This document shows positions 1 through 12,519 of a stretch of 64,000 bases of DNA, piece by piece. The notes under the pieces were generated by a model that had not been told where the DNA came from, made no database searches, and saw nothing but the letters and a program-made list of their open reading frames with translations. This DNA comes from Fistulifera solaris (Eukaryota): assembly GCA_030295235.1 (NCBI GenBank), contig AP026173.1, positions 310,001-374,000 of the forward strand. Direction: 5' to 3'. Made by a program: the position numbers and the translations under genes. Positions within the stretch are counted from its first letter, which is position 1; the number at the start of each line of letters is the position of its first letter.

Positions 1-253
1 GTGGGAAGACCCTGTCGTCGAGAAGATTACGAAAGGAACGCGCGTGCAGTCCGAACGTGGAACACACGGTCGATTGCCCATTGTCGGGAAGCTTCCGGGA
101 ACGAAACAGCATTGGGTCTTGACCGGTTTGAGCAGTCGAGGTCTCTTGTATCATGCCTTGTACGGAAAAATGCTCGCGAAGGCCATTTTACAGGGATCGG
201 AGGACTGTTTGAACGAGTTGGATGATGGTATTTTGTGGTGGAAAAGAAGCTAG
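1..253 (+). CDS. 3' end of an FAD-dependent oxidoreductase (DAO/glycine-oxidase-like), truncated by the window edge
   Basis: HGRLPIVGKLPG..WVLTGLSSRGLLYHALYGKMLAKAIL resembles the C-terminal 'LPIVG...TGLGSRG' segment of this family. Confidence 0.65.
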   Translation, partial: WEDPVVEKITKGTRVQSERGTHGRLPIVGKLPGTKQHWVLTGLSSRGLLYHALYGKMLAKAILQGSEDCLNELDDGILWWKRS

Positions 254-533
254 AACAGTTGAGTCGATGAATGGAAAGAAGGATTTTCGTCCTGAGATGA
301 GCATTGGAGTGGTCGCGGGACTGGCGAACGCTAGGTCAAGTTTGGGAAGGGGATATCATTACTGTTGTAACGAAGATCACGATCAGCTATTTATTGTGTC
401 GCGGTCGCGGCAATTGAAACGAAATCCAGTACGAAAGTTCGCATCGTCTTTCTACGGTTCGCTTTGTGAGAACCCGCCTTTCTCGCGAATATTATGTTTC
501 CTCTTTCACAATTCCACGAAAATATTTGCAACC

Positions 534-887
534 ATGAACGACCAAGAAACTGATCCGAAAATGGGTGAAAACTCATTCCCAGCCTCGCCTTCATCGTCAT
601 CCTCGTCGTCTTCCTCCTCTTCTTCATCGTCGTCGTCGTCATCCTCTTCTTCATCGGCTTCGGCACAGAAAGAAGCCTCGACCGGTCCCCCGACGCTGGT
701 CGACGATCAGCAGTATGTCATTTACGAACAGAAGGAAGTAGCTCCGCTCGGCCAGCCGACGATTGTCAAGGGTCAGCAATATTTCACGTACGGACAGAAT
801 GATGCCAACAACCGTTACGTCTACATTGGAGACGATGAAAGTGGCGAGCCAGAGTTTGTGGATTATGGTCCTCGGATCGAGACTTAG
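534..887 (+). CDS. Small Ser-rich hypothetical protein, PEFVDYGP family member 1
   Basis: ATG at 534 in frame with ORF 222..887; poly-Ser tract; ends RYVYIGDDESGEPEFVDYGPRIET, shared with two downstream ORFs. Confidence 0.6.
   Translation: MNDQETDPKMGENSFPASPSSSSSSSSSSSSSSSSSSSSSSASAQKEASTGPPTLVDDQQYVIYEQKEVAPLGQPTIVKGQQYFTYGQNDANNRYVYIGDDESGEPEFVDYGPRIET
585..662 (+). repeat. Degenerate TCN trinucleotide repeat encoding poly-serine
   Basis: Run of TCA/TCG/TCC/TCT codons (about 25 Ser). Confidence 0.85.
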
Positions 888-1412
888 CTTGGACGATTGC
901 ACTGATAGCAAGAGGGGTGGAGTTCATGTCCTTCGCTTTGCTAATAAGAGATGGTGATAAGTCTGTAGAAATAATATTGTTTATAATGACTTGTGCTCGA
1001 CGTTTTAGATTTTCCAGTAACTGCCAATCAAGTTCTTTGACATTGATATTGGCGTGTTGTTGTTTCGAGGATAATTAGTAAAAACTAGAAACTAGACGTT
1101 CAAGTACATACATAGATTCTTGACAAACTTGAGAGAAGTCGTCGTCATTCGTCATCGTTCTTTGATGTCGCGATCTTTTGTGTATCTTTTTACAGTGCGC
1201 AGATATGTACAAAGTTTCCCTCGTACGATTCTACGTTGTGCAGTACTTAAACTGAAAACGGATCCTGCTCCGTTCCTCGCATCGCGCACTTTCTGCCGAG
1301 AAAAATTTCCCACCACTTTCGTCTCATAAATAATTTCGGCTTGGCGAACTTTTCTCAGTTCTTTCATTGAGCTCGCGTTCGTATTCTTTTTCATCATTGA
1401 CTTTCAAGCACC

Positions 1413-1619
1413 ATGAGCGGCAAAGGATCTTCCGGAAACAACTCTTCGTCCAACACGGGCGGCAACAGCGGTGGCAACTCGTATCCCCAGGTGGTGAGCG
1501 GTCACCAGTATCATCAGTACTCGCAGGGCAACTACGGGTCGGAACGCTATTCCTACATTGGCAAGGACGACAGTGGAACCCCCGAGTTTGTGGACTACGG
1601 TCCCAAGAGCAGTCGTTAG
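1413..1619 (+). CDS. 68-aa microprotein, PEFVDYGP family member 2
   Basis: Intact ATG-to-TAG ORF; YPQVVSGHQYHQY...ERYSYIGKDDSGTPEFVDYGPK. Confidence 0.65.
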   Translation: MSGKGSSGNNSSSNTGGNSGGNSYPQVVSGHQYHQYSQGNYGSERYSYIGKDDSGTPEFVDYGPKSSR

Positions 1620-2571
1620 AGTCTGTTTGAGGAACAAACGAAGGTGATCGATGCTGGATGATGGCGTGTGAGGTAGCATAGAACGACTATTGATGACGGG
1701 ACTGAGCAAACGATCGATGGATGTATGATACCATAAGCTTCTAGACTTTCGCATCGAATCCTAACATAATGCATGCTTTTATTCATTCGTCTTTCTTTAT
1801 ACAATTTACAATATCTTGTCGAAACCCACTCGTGGTTCGCTTTCCGAAATCTGTTGCCGCGCGGATGATATTAACTCGACCGTACCTGGTACACGTCAAT
1901 GTTTACATTTATCCTCGTTCTACGAATGCTACTTAAAGTTTTTTCTGTTAAAGCTTACTATATTGCATGTTTGTTACATCACGCTTCGACGAACCATAAG
2001 TTATCTTGGAAACCGGAGGAATGAATCGCTCATCACATTCCGGATACGACGTCAATTTCAAATGCGGTTTTCTCAAAAAATCAATTCGAAAATAAAAGGC
2101 CGCAACTATCAGCGCAAACACTGAAGAATGCGAATGATGTTAGCAACTTGAATATAGCCGCGCATCAATAGAGAGGTCCCGCGACGTTCCCTTCGTCTCA
2201 ATGCGTGGTGCGAAGCGTCGTGTCTAATAAACTGCCTGTCATAGAGGATCCGCTATCTAACCTTAGATCATTCCACAGGATGTGTGAATGATAGTTCTGC
2301 AATCTTTGATCTTCAAGAAATATTCGGAGAGGTGCGTAAGTTTATTGCTTGTTCTGCAGAACAAATTTGACCGTACCTGGTACGCCGTTTGACGTAGAAT
2401 TCTACACAAAACAACACGTCAGCATGAAAGCCACAGCAATTATTCCCGTCAACATCTCACAAAGAGCACTCCGCACATTTTGCAAAAGATCCGCTCATAT
2501 TTGCCGCTCATTGCATTCCTCGGGTACCTTTCGTTCCCTCCATCACTTTACTGACGTCATTCTTCATCATC

Positions 2572-2785
2572 ATGAGTGGCAAAGCATCGCCGGGAAACGC
2601 GACTTCGGCCAGAGTTGCTCGCACAATTCGCGAATACCCCAAGCTCGTGACGGGCTACCAGTATCACATGTGCTGCGTGGTAAAGGTGCGAGCGCTACGT
2701 TTATTTGGGAAAGGATGATTATAACCAGCCCGAGTTTGTCGATTACGGTCCCAAGTGCTGCCGTGATCAACCTCGCGAAGAATGA
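2572..2785 (+). CDS. About 70-aa microprotein, PEFVDYGP family member 3 (one frameshift; absent from the ORF track)
   Basis: Manual translation: MSGKASPGN...YPKLVTGYQYHM, frameshift near 2670-2690, then ERYVYLGKDDYNQPEFVDYGPKCCRDQPREE* (TGA 2783-2785). Confidence 0.55.
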
Positions 2786-3265
2786 GTCTGTGATCCTTGA
2801 TTCAAAAGAATGAGGGAAAGCTACCTCAAGGCTGCTTTCAATGACGGAGCGTCCGATTCAGTTCATCATAAATCTTTACAAAAGCACTTTATCTTGAGTA
2901 AACATCGTAGTCCTTTATTGCTTGTTTCCAGTACTCTGTCATTTGCTGCCATCTGTCTTCTTGCTATCGCAAAAGCCCTTATCGTGCAGTCCTACAATCC
3001 ACTGAAACGTTCGCCGATATCTTCCAAAGCAGCTAGTGTGACTCGGAATACTACATTCGAAGAGGTGGTGGTGAATCAAAGGAATCTTGTTCTTGTTTCT
3101 GGTGCTTCGGCAATAACTCGCACTTCAGCTTCAATCGAAATTCATTCATGTCGTTCCTCGCCTGTCCTTTCTACATTTCAGTACTAGTAAGGTGTTCACT
3201 GGCTTAAAAGAATATATAGTCGGGTCACTAGGCCGACCCAGACTCGTCTAGTTGCGTTGCTTGCT

Positions 3266-4909
3266 TCAAGCTGACTCGAACTCAATCCAATTCAAATTCC
3301 AGCCATGTTGTGTTGATTCGACTGTCAAGCGTTGACAGCCTTCCTGCAGTTCCACGACATGGGATATGGTTTGCCATGTCTGCCAAGCGCCCGTATTCGG
3401 GAAGGACTTGATAGACCGGTCAATGCGCTTGGTATCTTTGTCACTGTTGAGTTGTAGTCCTCCATCTCCCGTGATGCTTGCGATGCGGTAACTAATCTTA
3501 TAATTCCCAGACTTTTTGACTTGCACGTCGTAAGCAACCCAGTGCCCTGTTTCCAGCCATGCTACATTATATCCGCCCTCGTCTTTGGTTTGTTCTGTGC
3601 CAATGCCCTTAAATCGGCAGTAATCCACCGCAGTAATTCGCACAGGGGCTCCTTCACGCCAATGAGAACCCGTTGCAATTTTGTTATTTGTAACAAAGCC
3701 TGAACGACGCCTTCATTCCTAGTGCAGTTCTCGACTAATGCATTCTCGGCGAGTTGAGCCATGATTTTCTCCGGTGCAGGGGGGCGATTTCTTACCATGC
3801 GTCCAGTGATCGATTAGTTCTTGATATCCCTCCGGCTTGGCAATCGTGAAAGCATCCGGACGTGGATTCCAACTTTTGAACGTCCACCAGCACCACCCGA
3901 TGTCGTGTGATTCGGAGCAGTTGGACGGCTTGGGAATACCACTGGTTGTGATTTTCTCCCGATTCTCCAACCCACAAAGGAACATTGTATTTTGTTCGTA
4001 ACTGAAGATATAATTTGATCGATTCGGGTGGTAGGTTCCACCCAGTAGTAGTGAAACGAAGAACCAGATTTTGATCCGCAAATGGCCAAAGTCCTCGGTG
4101 ATTGTTGCTCCATCCGTTGCCTTCAATGACAATCATGTGATTTGGATCTACTTGACGAATCGCTCTAATGCAATCGACATAAAACTTCTGCAGTGGTTTG
4201 TTGTAACGATCGTTGCGCCCATTTTTGTTTCCAGTTTGCTCAAACATCCAATTGGGTTCATTCAAAAGATCATAGGCTGCAATGATTTCACGATCTTTGT
4301 ATCTCTTGGCAATCTCGGTCCAAAGGGCAATCGTTTTGCGGATATTTTCGTCGCTTTCCCACAGGGAAGGATTGGTTTTGTTGTAATCGTTAATTTTGGA
4401 GTCGTAGCCTTGTCCGCCGGGTGCTGCATGCAGATCTATAATCGCATACAAGTTGTGCTTTTCGCACCACCCTAGCACTGCATCCAGAATTCGAAATCCC
4501 TCAGGCTTCCACGTGTCCTTCCCTTTGATAGTTTCCTCTTGTATGGAAAGCGTAAACAAGTTGTAATGAAGCTGAACTCGAATCGAATTAAAACCAGCTT
4601 GTGCAATGAGTTTAATATCGCGTTCGTGCAAAAGTTATTGAGCCAAGCTTGTCGATATTCCTCAAAAAGTGCTTCCGATCCGAGCGTTGCTTTTACTTTT
4701 CAAAGATAGCATATTCGCGCAGGACAAATTGTTTTGTTGATCAACATGAGATAGGGTTCTTGTAACATCCACCCTCCGATATTCACGCCTCGCAATAACA
4801 GCGGATGACCTTTTCCATCGACGATGCGTTTCTCATCGGCATGGACGAACCCTGTCGGTGCTGCTTGTTTTGCGGGCGTTCCTTTCGATCCCCCGAAGAT
4901 TCTTCTCAT
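3266..4909 (-). CDS. Glycoside hydrolase family 5 with C-terminal CBM6, split by several frameshifts
   Basis: GFVHADEKRIVDGKG..LLRGVNIGGWMLQEPY, GFNSIR, IDLHAAPGGQ, YDLLNEP (acid/base), WVGESGEN (nucleophile), IGWCWW; CBM6-like DEGGYNVAWLETGHWVAY...GWNLNWIEF. Confidence 0.9.
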
Positions 4910-5502
4910 TTATTATTCTATAATCTTTTGCTAATAATTGTTTACTATTTCGCCAAAGGAGATAATGTCGAGGTTTTTTTTTTTTTACTCCGTATAAAAA
5001 AAAAAATAAGGCGACGAGAGTACAGACCTTCACGTATAGCTTTTAGAACCAGGCGCTGTACTTGTACGTACAAGGTACACCGGTGTGCAGTCATTCTCCG
5101 AGGTACTTGTGATAGGTTAGGAACAAACAGCTAAGGTTCTACACCCAAAAATTGGTCGTTGGTTTAGCGAACGGCGTGCACTACAATAAGAGACTAAAAA
5201 CGATGCCAAGCACTATCACTATTATTTTTTTAAAGTAATCAATACGATGCGAAAAACGATGTGGATGAAACTTCTTCTCGTGGATGAAAAGGAGGACACC
5301 GAGAGAGTGAACACGAACGTAAATTCAAATCACAAATCAATCATCGAGAACTACGAAAACGGGGAAACAGAAAGTCGATGTTGCCCAGCCGAACTGGACA
5401 TGGACGGGCGACAGGTGACAAGCAACAACGGCGACATGCCTCCGTACAAGAGAATGATACGGAAGCAACATCATTCTCATCATCATTCGGTCACGCAAGC
5501 AA

Positions 5503-7035
5503 TCAACCGAACAAGCTGTCCGTCGAATCTGACCGGATACACGTGGATGGACTGTAGAGATCCTCGTCAAGACCAGACAGGGACAAGTCGAGCTCATTGA
5601 TCGACACGTCGTCATCGATAGTCAGCGACACAAGCAACGAATTCGACGAGATACCGTCAATGCACGAGATGTTCATTCGTTCCTGGACGCGCCGACGACA
5701 TCGAAGGTCCACACTCGCAGTCATCATCAAACTTGAAGCCTCGCTCCAAAACTAGCACCTCCGATGACTCCAAACACGAGGACTCCAACGCAGCTTCGCC
5801 CTCGGCTTTATCGTGAACATCGGAAGCATCTTGTAGCACCTTGCATGGCATTCGCGACAGAGGTTTCCGACTCTTCGTGAGCAACAACATTAAACTCATC
5901 TGCGTCCATGACATCGAATACCTCTGCAATGAGCGAATGCCAGGTAGCTTCATCATCAACATCACTTGCAACATCAACATCCTTTGTGGCGTCTGATAGA
6001 CTGACTCCTGCATACTTTGCGTAAAAATCGTCAATCATTTCGTCCGCGGCGAGTCCAAGTAGGCTACTGATATCATCATCCTTGTCACAATTATCATCCT
6101 TGTCACTCTCTTCAGCGAGCTCTGGGACGCTAACGGCTTCGTCGTCGTCATCATCTTCGATCGTGATGATTTCAGGCAGTTTCTCCGTGGCAACTTCAAC
6201 TCCAAAAACAACTGGATCTTCAACAGCAACACCACCACTGCGGAGCTTAACAACACTCGCTCCCAGTTCTGCGATCCAAGCGACTATTTGCGACGGTTTC
6301 ATGCCGGTACTCTCGACAAGGCCGTCAATTGCAGTTAAGTCGGGAGAAGAATTGTAATCATTCTCCTTCATCCAGTCCATCAACTTGTCGATCTGCCATT
6401 TCTCTAGCCCCTTACTACTGGCTGTAACAAGACGCAGCTGATTGATAGAAGAGGGGCCGTGATTGCTGGCCGGCAAACAAGAAGCGACGGGATGATGAGT
6501 GACGTTGGTTGCGACGCTGCATTCTTCGGTCCTTTGCGGTTTTTCTTTGAACCATCATCATTCGTTTTCGACCGCGAATACGGACGTTTTGCGAGAAGCA
6601 GCAGAAACAGCCGTTTCACCTCCCATCACTGCAGCAACAGCAGCAGCAACAGGATCAAGTGACGCTGCGGCCGTACCCGTAACGACACTCACCGACGCAG
6701 TACTCTGCGTCTGGAAGGAAGCCATATCACTCAATTCCTTTCTCAAAATCTTGAAACTGTCGTCAAGGATCGCGTCAATGGTCGTGAATTCACCGCGACG
6801 AACGACGCTATGCTCTGTGTGCTGCAAAGCCTTGGATTTGTCTCCAAAGCTAATTGCAATATTCACCGTCTCTTCGACAGAGAATTTGCTAGCAGGAACC
6901 CATTGCTTCGATTTCCACTGAGACCCAGTGCTCTTGCGAATATCCTCCTTCTTTTCGAGTACTTTGTTAGCTAACGACACGAGGAGCGGCAACTCCCTCG
7001 TGCCAAACGATAGGATTAATCTTGTTATCTTTCAT
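5503..7035 (-). CDS. Divergent TALE-homeodomain-like protein with acidic tail, copy 1 (frameshifted)
   Basis: Joined from ORFs 6558..6992, 5808..6476 and 5503..5730; start MKDNKINP at 7035; LEKWQIDKLMDWMKENDYNSSPDLTAIDGLVESTGMKPSQIVAW fits the TALE pattern; upstream GT-AG intron near 7105-7224. Confidence 0.65.
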
Positions 7036-7439
7036 TTTGTTTGCTTTGCGATGCTGCGGACACTTGACTTTGTCAAATGTTCTATTTGTAAGCGATTTCA
7101 AATCTTTAAGACATCAAAAGCAAGCACAATGTGAGTAAAGACTTCATCTTTCATGAGAAAGTCATGAGAAAGAGACAAAAGAGTCCGAAAGTAGACGTTA
7201 ATAAAGATCTTCATGGTAACTTACCTTTCAACACGGCGATTCCTTCGAAAAGTGCGAACAAGCAGCGAAAATGTACAGCAGCGGTACGGCTTAGATACAG
7301 TATCGTCGTATTTGTAGCGTATGTTGTATAATAGTAACGTAGCCTTGGTAGTCCTCGCCACGTACGAGTAAGTAGCACTGAATTCACGTAGAAATTATAC
7401 ACCGCAGCAAGCTTTCAACCCAAAATCACAACAAAGTGT

Positions 7440-7990
7440 CTACTTTGCTCTGAAAGCAACGTGATATCCTCTGATATGCCTTTGCATCATCACTCATCGA
7501 CTCCTCATTGCTCTGGGTAATGCGTATCGGTGAGGACTGTCGCGTCTCGCACTCCTTAGATGTGAAAAACTCGACATTACCTCGCTTGCTCCCATGTCGC
7601 TTGCGCGCTCGAGTGGTGTTTATCGTTCATCACCGTTCAACGCCTAATCGTACTGCCTTTCTAGATCATTTTATTTCATCCCATGGTCGGTTGGACATGA
7701 AAACGTCGATGGAAGCTGCGTCTCAACCTCTTGAATCATTGTCCAGTGTCGCGCGTTGTGGCTCTGCCTCGATCGCCCGTCTTCCGAAACTCGCCCACGA
7801 AAAGCAACTTTTAAGCACAGGATGCAGCGTTCCGACGAATTTCATTGATGAGTTTTGCAATTGCGGCCGTACTATCGATACTGTAACGTTTCACCGCCGT
7901 AGAAAACGGTAAATTATCGTCTTATCGCTTCTGCAGAACCTTTCGCGATGGAGTTTCTGCGGGCACCCGGCTCATTGTTCCTTCAAATCA
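7440..7990 (-). repeat. Upstream segment of the homeodomain-gene repeat unit, possibly a decayed ORF
   Basis: Homologous, with decay, to about 23010-23190, 25970-26385, 55120-55650, 58510-58690 and 61700-62100 (e.g. CACTCGAGCGCGC...GATGATGCAAAGGCATATCAGAGGATAT). Confidence 0.7.
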
Positions 7991-8847
7991 AGCCACAAAC
8001 ATCATGTTTTCGATAACCTGTGTTCCTGTTCTGACCGCTGATGTAGCGGATATTGTGAATGACATTTACAGCAATTCGCTTAGCTGAGCAAGGACAAAGT
8101 TCTAGCTGTAGCGCTCCCACGTCGATGTACCTGCTGAACGAAACCTTTGCAGTATGTCGAGTTGATTTCCTTCACTCCGTTCTCGTTCCCTCTAACATTA
8201 ATGAATCTCTAGTTCGTCTAATGCTTGTTTCATAGTTTAGTATATTTGTTTTATTCGTCGTTATCTGTTCGTGCCCATACGTTTGAACAAGAAATAGCCA
8301 TATTCGTCGGTCGTCAGTGATAAGTTATTTTTTGAAGCTAACTTAGTGGTTTTGTAACTCTAGAGAGACTTTCTCTTTTTTTTAGATATGATTCATCTCT
8401 AAATAGACCTAAAACAAAGTAGGAAGGATCATCCCTCGCAAACAAGGTGGATTTCTCTGTTAAATGCTATAACAGCATTGTCGCACTTGATCAACATCAT
8501 CATCGCCAATTCACCATTTTGACAAAAATTATTGTTTCAAAGAAGAATGATCATAGACGGTAGACGATAGACAAGATTGGACTCAAATTCTGTCTGTCCA
8601 CCGCCGGAAATTTGAGCGAGATGATTATTTTAGTCCCCGAATTTCGGGACTGATGTGTTATTATTTTTGGACAACCGCACAAAACATCAGTCAAACAGCT
8701 CATCATCATCGCGTTCGACACAGACTAGAACGAAACGAAGATATCTTTAACGGAACCTAGTAATCTGTGAATTTTTCGAAAGCAGAAGTATTTAAAAGCA
8801 TCGGAGACGCATTTGGTGGATACCTAGTTGAAAAGAGAAGCAAACGC

Positions 8848-10376
<1,529 letters not shown>

Positions 10377-10575
10377 TGAGCGAATTTGTTGTAAGCAAAT
10401 CTTAGGAGTATTTGCAGAGCTTATTTGAGCATCATCGTGTTTAATTTTGGCTACCCCGTACTTAGGAGCGGCCAATGCATACTATCCAGTTAGGTCTAAT
10501 ACTGTTCAGATATTTTTTCTTTTCTTTTTCCTTTATCTGTTTTACGTTATGCGTGCACTTTGTGCGACAGCGATG

Positions 10576-12519
10576 CTATACGAGATCGTCGGCATTGGTC
10601 GGCGGAGTTGTCTCGTTCACTTCGATTTCGGCTTGAATTTCTACCTCAGCCTTTTGTGTTTCGTCTTGACTTCCATGGTTATCAGGCTGGACACGGGCAC
10701 CGCGAGCGAGGCAGTTAGGGCAGCAGTCTCGAATGAGATGATACAGGCAGTAGCAGACCGCAAAGAAAACGGCCCAGAAAGCAATGTCGGCCGAGCCGAA
10801 GTTCTTGAAGTCCAAGTTCATGTAGGACAATAATTTCGATCCGCCAGATTTGTTTTCCCCAGAGATTGTTGTTGATGGTATTTTGATGCTAGATTGAACA
10901 TGGTAGCATCCTCGAAACACCGTAGAAGCTTGAGAGGAACTGTCGGTTCGCCAGTTGTTATTCCAGGCTTCATGTTCGCGCTCATCTAAGCACTGACCTC
11001 CAACTCCGTCGTACACATCCATGACTAGGTTATCTTCGTTGCCAGCAACGAATCCCTCGTAAGAGAGACCGGCCAAAATGTCGGAGACATCGCCAGGAAC
11101 GGCAACAAACGAAATTCGCTTCTTGTTCACTCCATCTTTCGTGCACTGCCAGGCGGAATAACTTCGCATGTTGCAGAAATCAAAGTCAGCCAAATGCAAT
11201 GTTTCACTGCTTAGGCTAATGCGACCGTATTGGACGGACAGGTCAACTCGTACGCGATTCAAGTTCAAGTCGGAATCATCCATCAATGACGGGTAGCTGA
11301 AGTTGTAGCTCGGCATATTGTTAACAACCGTCACAATTGCTTCGTTGACGTTGTTCCATGTTGGGGCATGATTCACATGCTGGATATTCACCGTTTGCGT
11401 GGCAAGTCCGGACGCGGCGAGTGTACGCTGCTCCCACAATGCGACAACACGATACTGAAACGACTCGTTGGGCATTTCCAGGGACTCCCCGTAAGCGTTG
11501 GTCGATGGCATCGTGAAGAAATTATCCGACGGTCGTCGGTATTCAATCCACAGACCCGTCGAGTTCACAGGAATGGGAAGGCTATTCGCGCCTGACAACA
11601 GCTTGATTCCTTCGGTGTAAAGCTCTCCCATTGTCGGAATGCTTGCAATGTCAACGAACAGTGGCAACGTGGTAGTCGACGTGTTGGTTCCGCCCACCCA
11701 AATCAAGGTCGGCTCGCTGATCGGGGCATCTTGCTCGATCACGACAGCCTCCGAGGCTTGTGCTTCCAAATAAAGAGGAACAACCGCAGCTTCTCCAACT
11801 CCTTCTTCAAAGAGGTTCTGCACTTGCGTTGTTGTCAGAGTCTGATCAAAGAATGAGATTTGCCGAATGGATCCTTGAAACGGCACAGTGGTGGAGTCAC
11901 TCGCATCAATCTGAGGAAACAGTTGCATCGTCTGATTCATGGGCAGACGAGTCAAATCCGCCGAGTAGGGAATATTCTCCATGATCAGCTTTCCCTGCAT
12001 ATACAAGTTCGTCGAGGATCCCGATGTCGTGATGGTCAAGGACACGGGGACATTGTGTTGCGAGTCGTACTGTCCGATGCGAATCATGCGGCAGGACTGT
12101 GTCGCATCTTCAAAAGCAACGACCAGATTCGCTCCAAACTGCGCCACCATCAAAGAGAATCCATCGCAGCCTCCATCGGTCGGAAGCATGCGAGAGACTT
12201 GGCCCGATCCGAACGTCCAAATGGGCTGCAATGAGGGAATTTCATCCGCCGGAGGCACGGGCGCCGTGATCCAAGTCGACAAGGACCATTCATTGCTGTT
12301 GAGATGATCGCGGAAAGCATCCAAAGTCTGGGTGCTGCGGAGGCTGGTAGCCTGTTGATCACCGAGCTTGATTCCGGTGCTTTCATGGCACTCCAGGCCT
12401 TGAGGAGCGGCGGTAGGCTTCAAGAGTCCGAGTAACGATTCGCTGTTAGACGAGGCCGCCAAGCGCAGAGGATGGCAAGGCGTGAAGGTGAACTGTTCGA
12501 GAGGTTTGTATGATGACAT
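10576..12519 (-). CDS. LamG/concanavalin-A-like plus cadherin-like single-pass membrane protein, copy 1 (intact)
   Basis: Uninterrupted ORF from MSSYKPLE; WSLSTWI...FQGSIRQISFFDQTLTTTQVQNLF (LamG-like); VNIQHVNHAP (cadherin-like linker); TM IAFWAVFFAVCYCLYHLI. Confidence 0.7.
   Translation of the reverse strand: MSSYKPLEQFTFTPCHPLRLAASSNSESLLGLLKPTAAPQGLECHESTGIKLGDQQATSLRSTQTLDAFRDHLNSNEWSLSTWITAPVPPADEIPSLQPIWTFGSGQVSRMLPTDGGCDGFSLMVAQFGANLVVAFEDATQSCRMIRIGQYDSQHNVPVSLTITTSGSSTNLYMQGKLIMENIPYSADLTRLPMNQTMQLFPQIDASDSTTVPFQGSIRQISFFDQTLTTTQVQNLFEEGVGEAAVVPLYLEAQASEAVVIEQDAPISEPTLIWVGGTNTSTTTLPLFVDIASIPTMGELYTEGIKLLSGANSLPIPVNSTGLWIEYRRPSDNFFTMPSTNAYGESLEMPNESFQYRVVALWEQRTLAASGLATQTVNIQHVNHAPTWNNVNEAIVTVVNNMPSYNFSYPSLMDDSDLNLNRVRVDLSVQYGRISLSSETLHLADFDFCNMRSYSAWQCTKDGVNKKRISFVAVPGDVSDILAGLSYEGFVAGNEDNLVMDVYDGVGGQCLDEREHEAWNNNWRTDSSSQASTVFRGCYHVQSSIKIPSTTISGENKSGGSKLLSYMNLDFKNFGSADIAFWAVFFAVCYCLYHLIRDCCPNCLARGARVQPDNHGSQDETQKAEVEIQAEIEVNETTPPTNADDLV

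Noticed and set aside
1879..2383. Repeated GACCGTACCTGGTAC at about 1879 and 2369
   Set aside because: Two short copies with no flanking homology; not enough to call an element.
2810..3187. 125-aa ORF and similar short antisense or overlapping ORFs across the window
   Set aside because: No recognisable motifs; most are shadows of real genes on the other strand or frame.
5491..5505. TGA in homeodomain-like copy 1 aligned with a Cys codon in copies 2 and 4 (FG*LLA* vs FGCLLA*), suggesting selenocysteine
   Set aside because: A single TGC-to-TGA change four codons from the end, with no SECIS recognised downstream; a point mutation or error is simpler.
5100..7990. Homeodomain-like repeat unit as a transposon
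   Set aside because: No transposase, RT or helicase motifs, no terminal repeats or target-site duplications seen; boundaries vary and include neighbouring host genes, as expected for segmental duplication.
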